From NCBI GenBank assembly GCA_963514005.1, contig OY740787.1, positions 18,972,001 to 19,036,000 of the forward strand: DNA of 64,000 nt, given 5' to 3'. A program made the position numbers and the translations under genes. How positions within the stretch are numbered: position 1 is the first letter of the stretch; every line of letters begins with the position of its first letter. Source of the stretch: Raja brachyura (lineage: Eukaryota). This document shows, one piece after another, positions 35,787 to 48,890 of this stretch. The notes under the pieces are model-generated. The model saw nothing but the letters and a program-made list of their open reading frames with translations, had not been told where the DNA came from and did not search any database.

Positions 35787-36077
35787 GGCACAGTGGTGCA
35801 GCTGGTAGTGCTGCTGCCTCAGAGCAGCTCTGTTTCAATCCTGACCTCGGGTGCTCTCTGTGTGGAGTTTGCACATTCTCCCTGTGATCTTGTGGGTTTA
35901 CTCTAGTTTCCTCCAAAAGAAATGCGGGTTTGTCGGTCACGGTAAACGTCCCCTAATGTGTATGAACAAGAAAGTGAGGTGAGCAGCTGATGAAAGTGAA
36001 CCAGTGTGCATGGGTGATGGATGGTCAGTGTGGACTCAGCGGGCCAAAGAGCCAGTTTCCATGCTGGACCTTTAAAC
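35787..36077 (+). mobile_element. HE1-like V-SINE, diverged
   Basis: A box TGGTGCAGCTGG, B-box-like GTTTCAATCC, core TGTGTGGAGTTTGCACATTCTCCC, and a CR1-like tail. Confidence 0.8.
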
Positions 36078-38776
36078 AAAAATATGAACTTGATGCGAGT
36101 GATGAATAAGGAAACACTATTTGCATTAAGCAGAGCGAATTAGATATAATGCAATTTCAATTGGGAATGAGATAACCACTTAAAAGTTACTTAGGAAATT
36201 AACAAGCAGAAAAAGCTGGCTTATATTTTAACAGTATAGGGAGAAAATATTGTTCCCCACAGTGATCAGACACCATTGTCTGTTAAGAACACAACTGCTA
36301 CTTTAACTGTGTCTGGCCACTGAAATTGATAAGCAATAGTTTGCATTGACATTTGTGCAGGGATACCTATTAAACAATGTCACATGCAGCCTTTGGTATA
36401 TTTAGCTTGCAGTGATAAAAACAAACCTGCAGATACAAAATCACTTGCAGCCAATACCAAACTATATTTTTGAAAATCCTGTATTAAAAGTAATTTCGTA
36501 ATTGCGATTCTGAAACTCTATCCCCAATCCTCTTTCCTCATTGTTCATAACACAATTTTCTATAAGACAAGGTTTATCAGGAACATTTAGGCTGGATGTA
36601 GTTGGGTGATATTACGCAAGCAAACAGATGGGACATGCAGCCAGAAATTCCCTTTTGGAGTCAAATACAATAGGAAGGCTATGAACAGTCTGAGTCAAGC
36701 TTGGATGCAAGTTCTGGGCTGGAATCAGTAGCTTAGGAATGAAATTTGTAGTGAGTCCAAAAACAATGGCTAAGGTCTTTCCAATATTTAAATATAGCTC
36801 CCTCCATTCCCCATCATCATCAGCCTCATCTCTAATTACATCATATGAGATCCATATTTTTTCGTATGTTGGCAGTTCTGTTGCCAAGCGAAGCTTAATT
36901 CTTTTCTAGTTGCTGCAATTATATACTTTGAATGCACACTGCAGAAATTACACCAAGATTGCGCAGACTTATTTAATGTATCCCATTTTATTCCAAGAGA
37001 CCATTAGGCCGGCCCGAGCCAAAAATCGGACCATTTTATACGATTCTGTTGTACACTATTTTACCCAGTTGCAAATAAGATTGGCGTTCAAGGATAGCTC
37101 TATTTACATGGGTTAATTAAAAAATACAAATTTAAAAAACAACAAAAAAAAACGTAGTTTTGCCTTCAGTAAGAAAACAGAACATCTGATTTTATTGTTC
37201 AGCAATGAAGTCAATAGTACACACTGCAATCTTCTTATTGAGGTTTGTAAGTGCAAGTTCATCTTTCTTTTTTTCTTCTGAGACCATTGCTCCCCCATTC
37301 CTTCATCTTGTTCCATTAAACTGCCAAAGGATCCATCTTCTTCCAAACTTAAAATCGAGTATCCTGCTAGCATCGTTTACTCCAACAGAAAATGCTGTGA
37401 ATATTCAGCAGGTCTGGCAGCATCAAAATAGAGCTAACTTTTCAGGTCACTTTCATCAGAGTGCCTGGGAATATGGTGAAGTGTCTTTGACTTGAAATTT
37501 TAACTCTGTTTCTCTTTGAACAGATGTTGCCTGATCAGTTGAACATTTCCAACATTTGTTTTTATGCAGATCTTGTTTCAGTTTAAAAAAAACTCAAACA
37601 CATTCCAAGGATCTAAAATCCAAAATTGCACATCTCATATAATCTACTCACTTTAAAAACAAAGTTGACATTGGATATCTAATTAATATACTTAATCGTG
37701 CCTGTATATATTTACTGTTCAATCAGGCTTCAATTATGAAAAGGAATTCAAACTCCCATAAAGCATTTTTAATGCATGTCTCGATTTACACTATTGCAAT
37801 ACAACCAGTGTCAACCCAAGGGTTTGATGCCAAATAATAGTTATAGCTGAAGACATTTCTCGTTTTGAGACCATGAATTCTGGTGTGAAATTATATAAAT
37901 ATTGCCTTGGGACTTGTCAGTAAAACAATAATTTGCATTTATATTATGCCTTTAAGATAATCATCCCATGGTGCTTTCAGATGTATAATTAAAAATAAAG
38001 ATATTAAAATGAAAAATTGCATATATTGGGACATGACCAAAGAGCATATCAAAGGACAATGGGAAATGGACAGCAGAAAGATTTTCTAGAAAAAATTCCA
38101 GAATCGCAGACTATGTGTAAGTTTTTCAGATAGGGGCAACATTTTCAGATTGGAGATGTGAAGGAATTAATCCACAGGTATGGACAATGTCTAATCAGGA
38201 CAGTGCATGAAATATGACTTAAATCGTTTATATCGTAGAAACATAAGACGAGCTCACGTCGCCTTAAAAATTCTCATTCATTCAATGTGAACATGACAGA
38301 TTCTCCAATATAAAAATCCACTTCCACGTACAATATGTGCATTGCTAGATTCTATTGGTATCCAACATTCTTATCGATCTCAGCCTCTCATATACTCATT
38401 CACTTAGCACCCACAGCTTGATGGGGTATAGAATTATAGAGAATCACAACCCTCTAGAGGAACCAACCTCTAGCTCTATATTTCTATTCCTTTTAGCCAA
38501 TAAATAAGCTTCACAAAATCCCAATAACTTCAATGATATCAATGAGAAGCTTCACAAAATCCCGTATACTCTAATGATACAAATGAAGCTGTCCTACTCA
38601 ATATAGGGATCTCCTGGTGCATTTATTCTGTAATGCCTCCAAAGCAAATACATTCTCTCTTGGGCCAATACTCCACTCTAGTATAATCCCACCAATTCCC
38701 TGTTAAAAAGAAAAGCTGTTCCTTGTTTGGGTATTCCAAGATTATTGAGTAGACAAGTCCAGAGGTAACAGGGTAC

Positions 38777-38911
38777 AGACACAAGGAACTGCAGGTGCTG
38801 CTTAATACAAAGGAGGGCACAAAGTGCTGGAGTAACTCAGCAGGTCAGGCAACATCTCAGGATAGGTGACGTTTTGGGTCTCCCTGACGTGCTGAGATTC
38901 ACCAGCACTGT
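38777..38911. mobile_element. Decayed inverted dimer of the Penelope 3' unit
   Basis: GGAACTGCAGGTGCTG...GTGACGTTTTGGGTC followed by CCTGACGTGCTGAG...CCAGCAC. Imperfect flanking repeat GTCCAGA(GG/AA)TAACAG. Confidence 0.6.
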
Positions 38912-39209
38912 GTCCAGAAATAACAGAGGTATGGATGAGATGTCATAAAGAGAATCGGCCAAATGCATGTTATTACCAAGATAGAGATATTGTAAGCCTA
39001 CTTGACGGGGTATCTAATTTGGGATGAAAAGCTCAGCAGAATGACTATAAGCAATATTCGTGGAATTACTATATAATTAAACCAACAATAAATTCTTAAC
39101 TTGACAAAGGATATTACTGTACCAAATTGCTTTGTTTTATTAATTGTATTAACACAGCAGGAAATAAGTCGACACTGGTGAGGAGGTTTTTGATAGGAAG
39201 ATGTTTGGA

Positions 39210-39885
39210 ACAAGGGTCAGATGTAACAGGTGTGTGACAGGTTGAAGAGTTGTGTTGTGAATCCAGAGCGAGAAAAGGGGAGTTGTAGGGGATAAATAGC
39301 TGTGAGTCTAGGTAGGGCACAGGGGAAGGATGTGTGGGGGGGGGGGGGGGGGGGGGGGGAGGGGGTTAGTTGAGATGACCTAAAATTAGAGAATTCAATG
39401 TTTATACTGTTGGTTTGTAAGCTACCCAAGAGGAATATGAGATGCTGTTCCTCCAATTTGTGTTGGGCCTCAGTCCCACTATGTATTAACTAACTGTATA
39501 GTTTCACTGTCTGTATTAACTCGTTATCACCTATCCCACAGACAACAAAGGACCATCATGGACTTCACGTTTCCTTAATTATCATTGCTTTTTGCATATC
39601 TTTCACTCATTTGTCCTAAGTACCATCTTTCTCTCTCATTTCCCTTTCTTCAGTCTGAAGGGTCTTGACCAGAAATGTCACCTATTCCTTTTCTCCAGAG
39701 ATGCTGCCTGACCCGCTGAGTTATTCCAACTTTTTGTGTCTTCCGTTTAAACCAGCATCTGCTGTTCCTCCCTACACATTCCGTGTGGTCTCGCTCTGGC
39801 AAAGGAGAAGGCCAAAGGACAAAGGTCATTGTGGGAATGGGAATTTGAATATGGTTAGCAACTGGCAGAGAGGTCAGTGAAACAG
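39210..39885. mobile_element. Penelope 3' fragment (minus strand) interrupted by an oppositely oriented Penelope 3' UTR (about 39473-39778)
   Basis: ORF 39217..39456 begins MEEQHLIFLLGSLQTNSINIEFSNF, the endonuclease C-terminus. It includes a poly-G tract and a decayed core at about 39655. Confidence 0.75.
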
Positions 39886-41666
39886 CATTTGCAGTTATTT
39901 TGGATCTGTACTCCACCAATAAAACATTTGATGTATTGCCATCATGTTTTGTTAAATTAAAAGGTAGTACTATTAATTTGTTTTAGTTTTCAGTAACTTA
40001 ATGGGTCAGGCAGCATGCCTGCAGAACATGGATAGATGAATTTTCAGCTCCCAATTGTCTGAAGAGGTCTGAAAATTGAGGATTGTCAGTTGAGTATATT
40101 TTCAAAACTCAATTATCTTTTAGTTTTGTTTATTGGGCACAAGCAAGGGACAGCTATTAAAGAGGCTTTCTTTAGCCCAAATCCAAGCAAATACCTCAGC
40201 TAAAATATTAAAGCTATAAAATAGTTGAAAACAAAATTCATCATTAATAGCAATTCATTGAAAACAGGCAATTTTACTGCCGAGTATAAATAAATTAAAT
40301 ATCTTAAAATATCTTCTTCCGTTCTTTGACTTAGCCCATAATTTTGTGTCAAATTGCCAGTGAAACGCATTGTTCCTGTGTGAATGCTACAGCATGTTCA
40401 GGTGAAGGACAGTGCATAAGAAATGTGGAGATCCATTGGTGCTGATTGAGATATCATAAACTGTTAACAACCTTGTGAAAATGACTTCTTGCTGTTTGTC
40501 TCACCACTGATGTGTATTGAGTAACACAAGTTATGGTCTATCTTTGTGAAAAATATACAACTAATCGGAAATGAAGCAATGAACTTGTGATGCAACCATT
40601 TAATATTCAGACATATTTAATTAAATCCAAACTAGCTATGAGACTATCTTAATAATTTTATTGGCAAATACTCCCAGCGAATACCAAGTGTCACAATGGC
40701 AGTCATATTTCTTAAACTTTGAAACATTACTGAACTATATTAAATTTCTAATTGTAAAAACGGCTTTTGTTTCTTTTCATAGTCGTAATTCAGTCACTTT
40801 CCCTCCATTATTCATTCCAAATTCATATTAAAGTATTTCACCTCATGCTAGTTATATCACAACTCTTCATTCTGACTAAATAAGGAAATGCAGTAGCTTT
40901 TCCTGTTCATTCAAGTCCTAGATCCCCGTTTCACTTGCTGCAATTATCAGCTCTTGAAAGTCGGTCTTAAGGGGGAAAAATAGTTATTGAAATGAAATAG
41001 ATTAGCTAATGCCAACTTCCATCATTTACTCGTACAGAAAACAGTGGTTCTTTATATTTTCCATTAGTCGACTCAGTCAAAAAAAGTTTATATCTCATGT
41101 GACTAACTGCATTGCACACTAACTCCTTATGTCAACTAAGGTCATTCCGTTTTACTGAAATAAATCCAGTCTTGAAATGTTACCTGATAAAAATTTCACT
41201 CCAAAACAAAGCTTTCCAGAAATCTGATATAAATTTAAAAATTGCAGTGGAAGCATCTGAAATGCAAGTTAAAGGAATCTCCTGAAATAAGTACTGAACA
41301 TACATTTTCAGGATTTTGAAGGGTTATTTGTCTGATCAAAACATTTGTTCATCATCCATGTACATTCCTAATGATTTAAATGGGGAGAACATTTTTCCTT
41401 GCACACCTTAAGAAAAGTGGTATATTTAAAATCCCAATTTATTTTCCATGAGATTGAACTATTAATAAATGGAGTAACTCCACACAAGTACATTTCAATC
41501 TGTACCAGGTGAAGAGGAAGTTTTCAGTCCAAAACATTTAATACCCTAACTCATTTTAAAGAATATTTTAATTTTAAATAGAGATTAAAAATAACATTGC
41601 TGAAATGTCTATTGAATTCCTTGACACAAGTAAAATGTACCAGTCACTTGGCAATTTAAAACTTAC

Positions 41667-42662
41667 CAAGAAAGTTGGCTCCTAGCAAAGGGAGGTGTGG
41701 TAGCAAGGAGTTGTTCAATTTTGTAGGTCCTGTTGCATGCCCAGCAGCTGAAATGGGTAGCAGCGATTCTGCCATTGACATGACTGCTGTCCCACCAAGA
41801 GTTGAGACAGCAAGTGCTGCTACGGATGATGTACTGGTGGTAGTGGTTGCTTGGGATGAGGTTGCTATGGAAACCTCAGAGTGATTTATACCATGGTTCA
41901 AAGGAGAGTGCAGAACACTTCGCAACAGATGGGGATTGAGGGCCATTAGTCCCGGGGCTGCTGTGACAGCTGGGAGGAGGAGAGGGTTTGTAGTGGTATC
42001 AATGCTTGAAAGGCTTGGTAAAGGGTTCCCCAGAGGGTTTGTCAAAAGGGTTTGTGATCTGTTACTAACTAATTGATTGCTATGCAAATGATCTGGCGGG
42101 GATTGGATTTGTGTCACAGAAGGTGAAGGGTGGTTTTGTTGCTGCAATAAATCTGGGAGAGTCAAGTTAAAAGATGTAAGGGGTAGCATTGTAGCCTGTG
42201 CCTGGTTTTGAAACAGTGTTGCCAAAAGCTGAACAGGTTGTAAAGTCTGTCCCGCCAAATCACCTGGAAGCAAAGTCAAAGCTGCATTTAAATTTGGGTT
42301 CAGAATTCCCAAAGGATTCACAGAGACTTCTCCCTTGCCATCTACTGATGTGGGTAACATGTTCAGCATATTCTGGTTCAGAAGATGTTGCTGGTTCATT
42401 GCAAAAGGAATGGACAGAGAGCCAAGGAGATTTGGGTTCAGAGAGTGGGTATGATTGCTACTCGTAGGGACGGCAGGTCCAAAATGAAAAGCCTTGTTTT
42501 GACCAATGATGGGAAGTGTACCCCCCATGGGGTTCTGACTATGCAATGCATTTCCAGCTGCTGTTGTAACTATAACTCCATCTTGCAGAACGGATGTTGT
42601 CTTGGTAATGGCAAGTTGGTTGGTGCCTGCAATGGCCATGGATGCTGCCTGGCCAGAACTAC
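41667..42662 (-). CDS. MBD5: MBD5 coding exon, long form (996 bp)
   Basis: Lies within ORF 41656..42720. Acceptor tttcag|GT, donor G|GTAAGT, phase 1-1. Contains [29 protein letters not shown] and [13 protein letters not shown]. Confidence 0.93.
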
Positions 42663-43174
42663 CTGAAACCCACAGATAGGTTAAAGATGAGCAAAGTATC
42701 TTAATTACTTGTGTTCGCATTTATAATGAATGCATTTCACATACCGATTTTTACATTAACAATTTAACATGGGAACTAACAACAAAAAGATTAATTTACT
42801 AGGTTTGATTATCCACTTGACCAGCTCTTCATTGTGTTTGTTATAAATTGGACATATTAAATCCATTCTTAAAGAACAAAACACAATATTTAAACCCAAC
42901 ACAAACTCGTCATTATTAACAGCCTAGAGAAAATAAAAATGCTTTTCTCACTTGACACAAATGCAGGAAACTATATCAGACAATGCAAAAGACATCAGTT
43001 CAAATCAAAAGTGATGCTCAAAACATTTCTAAATAGTGATTACATCAGAACTAATGGAACAAAAACACTTTGTTAAAAATGAAAATAAGTTCCACCGAAG
43101 TGAATTTTGAATAAATTGAATGGTGAAAAATGTTGCAAGTAACTCTAAATAGTAAAATGTTCCAGTAAGCCTAA

Positions 43175-43865
43175 AGGGCCTGTACCACTGCGGGGACCTA
43201 ATCCGCGAGTTCTGGGCAGTTTACCCTCGACATACTCGAAGAATGGTTGACACGAGGTCCTAGGAGGTCTTTGTAACTCTCCTTCATGCTCGAGAGTAGT
43301 CCCCGCGTACTCGAGGCCTCAGCTAGGTTGCAAAGTATTTTTCAACATGTTGAAAAATGCACACGAGTAAAAAAAGGTCGCCATGGAACAAAAATAGATA
43401 TTTTTTTACTAGTAGGTTTAGTCGAGGTAGGTCATAGTAGGTCGTAATGCTATCGTAGGTAATCGAAGACAATCGAAGCTAATCAAAGGTAGTCGAAGGT
43501 AAAGCTCATTGAGAAAAAAAAGGTAAGTAAACCGACCGGTACTGTTAAATGCCCGCTAAACTTTATTAAAAGTTTTCTGGCTTCTTAAAAGTGTCTCCAC
43601 TCCATCTCTTCTCTCGCTCTCCCCCCCCCCCCACCACACTCTCTAAAGGAGTTACCGTAACTGTGCCAGCCGTCTTTTACCTTCCGGCTGTGAATTTAAA
43701 CAGCGCTCCCCCGCTTTCCCTGGCGTGCGTGCGTGCACAGACAGTCGATCCGGCTCTCGGTTTCATCGCTGACGGTCGATCCAGCTCGAGGTTTTTCAGG
43801 CAAGTGCCCTCGAGCTTGAAGGTCGAAGACAGTCGCTGAAAAGTCGCGTTAGTGGGACAGGCCCA
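43175..43865. mobile_element. PIF/Harbinger-type MITE, 691 bp
   Basis: TIRs AGGGCCTGTACCACT and AGTGGGACAGGCCCA, with TAA on both flanks (43172-43174, 43866-43868). CpG-rich relative to its surroundings. Confidence 0.75.
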
Positions 43866-46800
43866 TAATTCTTCAAATTAGAGTTAAATGATATTTCTTG
43901 AATTTCTGGCAAACAATGTAAATTCTTAAACATTTCTGTCAATCTCTCCCAACAAAAAAAATCCCAAGCACACAAGAAGTTAAATGTGCCATTCCTGAAA
44001 TTTGTATCTCAAGTTAAAAATAACGTTGCAGTAACTGATATTCTGAGACATCTTTGAAATACAATGGGTAAATATCAGTGCATAATACAAAAATAGTGCT
44101 GCAAATATGTGTTTAAGTGCAACAGAATTTAGATTTTCCAATTGAATACCAATCAAACTAAAAAAAGTAATCATGTCAAATGTTTGCATTTAATGTTATG
44201 AGGCCAATAGATTTTTTTTCCATAGTTTCCTGATCATGTAATCACTACTTTGAAGCAAAAGAGCTCACCTGGGCTCTAGATTATGTACAAAACAACCCAC
44301 ACAAAATACATAAAACTTCACAAATAGTGGTGATTAAAAAGATTGTACATGTAACCAGATAATGGTCTGATTTTCAGTTGGAGAAGTATAATAACATCAG
44401 CATCAATTTTTATGATTCCACACAATTTTAACAACGGTGCAAGCATATTCCACATGCTACTACAGGAAATTACCTGTTTAACCAACATCATGTACTTATT
44501 TACAAAGTAAATCTTGCATATTAGGCTAATTTACATTTAAATCACCTTTTCGACTTTTCTTTAGTTGTACATTATATGAACTTAATACTTAGTTTTTATC
44601 TAAAATAATCCCACTAGAAACTTGGGAAATTGCAAATGAATGAAAATTCTCTTCAATCTCTCTGATCTATTGCATATGGACGATCTACTGCAGTCAGTGC
44701 TTCATGTTTCCCAATTAAGCAACATACTTATAATTAGCTTCACTTTACAAGTTGAAGCTACAAAATTGGTGCATCAACAAAAAATGGTTTTGAAAATGTC
44801 CAAGCAGTCTGATACGAATCACTTACCTATAGTCTTTTTAGTCAGTTATTTAATAGCACTCTCAATATAACATTGCAAAAAATATTAAGATGCTATATTA
44901 TGTCTATTTATATTATATAGATTAAATTATCATAACTTTCCCAGAATTATCATAACTTTCCCGGAAACAAAAAACGGCCCTGTTTTTGGTTGAGCTCACA
45001 GATCTGTGGCTACTTACAATACACTGGGGCCAGTTCAATACAATATCAGTGAGGCTAATAGGATGAATAAGAATCTAACTACAATTGAGACGGAGTGTGA
45101 ATAAAATTATAACCAAATCCATATCATACACGTCACTGACAGACTGCATCAGAATGTTAAATGCAAATATATACAAAATTAATGTTAAGCTTTAATTACT
45201 ACTTAGAGGTCATGGAGCAAGAGAGTTGGAAATTAGACCCTTTTGGCCAATATATCCATATCAAACCAGTTAGTATTCTGGGCTAGTCCCGTTTACCTGC
45301 AGTTGGCCCATATCCCTCTAAACTCTTCCTATCGACTTGATGTGTCCAGAGAGACACTGTTTCTCATCCAAAATTCAGGTTTCATTCCCCCGAAAGTTTG
45401 CAACTTTGACTTGTTGATCACCAGTTGAAACATGACCTCTTTTGAATGGACATTGGAGATGTAAAAGGGGTGCTTTGAAATGGGCTATTTAATTATTATT
45501 GTCGACATAGGTTAACAATGGAATCTGCTAAGGTGCCCCACAGGAAATTTAAGAAATATTTACTTGTATTTAGACATATTAAAAGTAGTAAGTAAAAAAA
45601 GTTTGGATGTTTAAAGAACGGGAATCCTAGAAGAGTGATATTTATTTTTCCACTTGGAAATGATATTAAATATATTTAATAGGAACCTTTGTCCTTCTTT
45701 ACAGACACAAGCAATTTAAATTTGGACATCAAAACTTCCACAAATGAGGTGTAGATAGCTGTAAAGATTACATTGCAGATAATCATCAAATCAAACCTAA
45801 TGTTGTGAAAGGTGATATAATACATTTGGGAGAGAGAAAAACATGACATATACAATGCGTGACTTTAAAAAAAGACAAATGTGCTGAAGTTGAGGGCACA
45901 CATTAAATCTGAATAAAATATGCTGGCTGAGATTTTAACAATAGTTTGGAATATAAAGTACTAAACAAATATAAATGACCGGTTAAACTGTAGTCAGAAA
46001 ATGCTGTCTGATTTGAATACCTCACTTTAGGAAGAAAATAAGCATGGGCAGGTTCACTAAGAGGACTCATTAACAATGGGAAGCTGTGATTGAAAGAAAA
46101 ATAAACTTACAATTAAGGGAATTAGCGAATATCCGATAAAAATATTAATTGAATTGAGGTTATGTTAAGAATCAGAAAAGATTTAAGATCAAATTAGACA
46201 GCAATTAATTAGTCAGATATGGCTTCTTCACATTGGAGCCTGGAAGGCACCTTCTTTCAGTCTCGCATTTCTTGGTTCAGCAAGGAACATTACTCAGAAA
46301 GAACATGACTGAATAGGTCTATTTTAACAATTTAGGATTTGGCACGTACATTGGAATCAGGTTTCAATAATATTTCTTTGAAGTAGGTGGAAGTAGAAGT
46401 CATTCAAATATGTTTATGAAGCACTATATTCTTAGTTTGCTTTAAGCCAATAGATCTGCTAGGTCCAAATCTTTCTCCTGTTATAATATATCATTACAGC
46501 TGCATATTCTTAACAATAGACAAATATTCAGAGGTCATTAGGAATTAAGAATAACATATACTAGCAAACTGTCCTGAGCAATACTCAATTTATTTAGCAT
46601 GTATATTACTTTAATCCGTTGCACAGTTATGTACATTTCTAATGTAGTTTAGCAAATGTTGTTGAATGAGAGCAACATCCTGGACAAGTCTCCATAAACT
46701 ATCCATTCTAAGAGTTTATTGGAAAAACAAGGTTACTGAAGACTCAACGAATAACATATCAGTAACACTAAGCTTCACTGGTACATTTTCTCATTCCTGA

Positions 46801-48379
46801 ACAGTGGTCTTCAGCCCAAAAGTGAATGAATTCACTCGAAACAATATTTGGGATGCGTTGCGACATAAATGCAAATTATTGTTAAAGTCAAGTTTGATCT
46901 CAGTAATATTTGTTTTATACAACATGGCATTGCAAAGTATGGTTTTACTTAAAGTTAAATGGTGTTCACCTGGTATCCCTGAAATTATTGTTTATTTATG
47001 ACAGTGATATTTTTTTGAGCTATACAACCACCATACATTTTATTCTTACTATTTTTACCTAGTAGAGAACATTTTGCATTATATAATTAACATGAAGTGT
47101 TAGTGATTCTATCCCCAACAGTGGCCACTCTAGGTGGAACGTATTGACAAACAAATATAAAGAAACATTGAAGTGTCTTGATATAAGTGCAACTTTCTCG
47201 AACACATGTTGATACAAGCATGCTAAACATGCAGTGATAAAATTGGCCTGATTGGGAATTATTTTAAAATCACCTCTATTATACTATCGCGAGAAAAACA
47301 GGTTGAACCACAAGCATTACATTTTAGCTAAACAGCACAAGTGCATGGAGTTGCATAATTTTGTCAACAGCTCATTTTTAAAAACATTTATTAAAAAGTT
47401 TGAACAAACATGTCAATTCTATATCCAAATGAGCAATGAGAAATACAGTCATGAGCCATCAAATGCATAATAAACCTTAACCAAATAATTGGTTACATAA
47501 AGTTGCTGCAGTGCACATATTAATTGCAGATTATCTGTAGTAAAGAACAATCTTGAATATACTTAAGGATTGGAATTCTGAATTGTAGTGATTAATTTAA
47601 CACAAGTGACTAAAGTTAATTTTTCTTCACACAAGTATTTTATGTATAACTTTACCCAACTGTATAAATATGTAAACTAAACAAATATAAAAATAAAATC
47701 ATACATAGTTTGTTATAATTTTAATTTCAGTTTCCCTAATATACCCATACTACAACGGATCCTATAATGTTCCCAAGGTCATAATATTATGAAATAAGAA
47801 TGGAACCAGAAAATATTAAGGTAACAAGTAAGAAGAACACACTTTCCTAGATGTTCTTGGCTCGTAATACAAAGTGAATAAATATTATACATAAGTGGAA
47901 ACGCATTCAAAACCAAGTTACCTGGTCTACAATGGAACAAATGAATGAAGAATAAGGAGTAAATTACATATCTCAATGTCGAGCCAGAAAAGGCACATGG
48001 GAAAGAATGATTTCTAGTTAATGATACATTAAAATCAGTTTAAGTTTGTGTTCATCAAATTGAGAAAAGTGCCATTTCGAACTCTAATGCTGTGGAATTT
48101 TGATAGAAAATGATTTGAACACATTTGCAACTGCACTTTGCATTCTTTTAAATGTATTTTGCATCATATTTAATTCACCAATATTGCATCTCGGATGTCA
48201 TGAATATATCAGTTTGAGTAAACCATAAGGTCATAAATCATTAGTTCTGTCGCATTTTAAAGTGTTCAATTTATGGAAGTGGTTTATAATCACACCCTGC
48301 TTGCATTAAACCCATTTCAAACCATTTGCTGCAACAAAAGGAAAAACAGATTATAATAGTTCATGCAAGGTGAATTGTG

Positions 48380-48890
48380 TACAAAAGTAGGGAGGTTATG
48401 TGGGGCATTGGTCAAGCCATATTTCCAGTCTTAGTCTCCCTATTTAAGGAGATATGTTAATAAATTGTTCATAGTTAAATGTAGTACTTGTTGGCGAGTT
48501 GGCTTATGAGGAAAGGTTGAACAGGCTCTGCTGTTACCAACTGGAATTTAGAAAGGGGATAGGAAACTTGGTTGAAACCTACAAAATCTTGAAGAATTTT
48601 AACATTGGATGTGAAAAAGATAGCTTCCTCTTGTGAATGAATTTAGAACAGGGTGGAGAAGGCTATTGTTTAAAAAAAAAAGGGATCACCCATTTAAGAC
48701 TTTTTCCCTTGCCATTCCTTTTCAAAGACAAAGGAAGCAGAATCTAATACTTTAAATGTGAGGTAGACGGATTCTCATAAAGGAAGATGAAAAGTTTGCT
48801 TGCGGTGGGTATGCAGTGTCGATCAGTATTGATCGCTGAATGTCAGCGCAGGCAAAATGAGCCATGTGGCCTTCTCCCACTCCTACTATG
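48380..48890 (+). mobile_element. Ancient CR1 3' fragment
   Basis: Decayed similarity to the CR1 3' region: TTATGAGGAAAGGTTGAACAGGCT and CTGGAATTTAGAA...GAAACCTACAAAATCTT. Confidence 0.55.

Noticed and set aside
38505-38590. Short tandem duplications here (about 40 bp), at about 44925-44962 (20 bp) and at about 12866-12890
   Set aside because: These are two-copy local slippage duplications with no further structure.
47915-48015. Further possible minus-strand exon ending at a CAG|GTAACT donor
   Set aside because: I found no convincing acceptor and frame combination and no similarity to MBD5.
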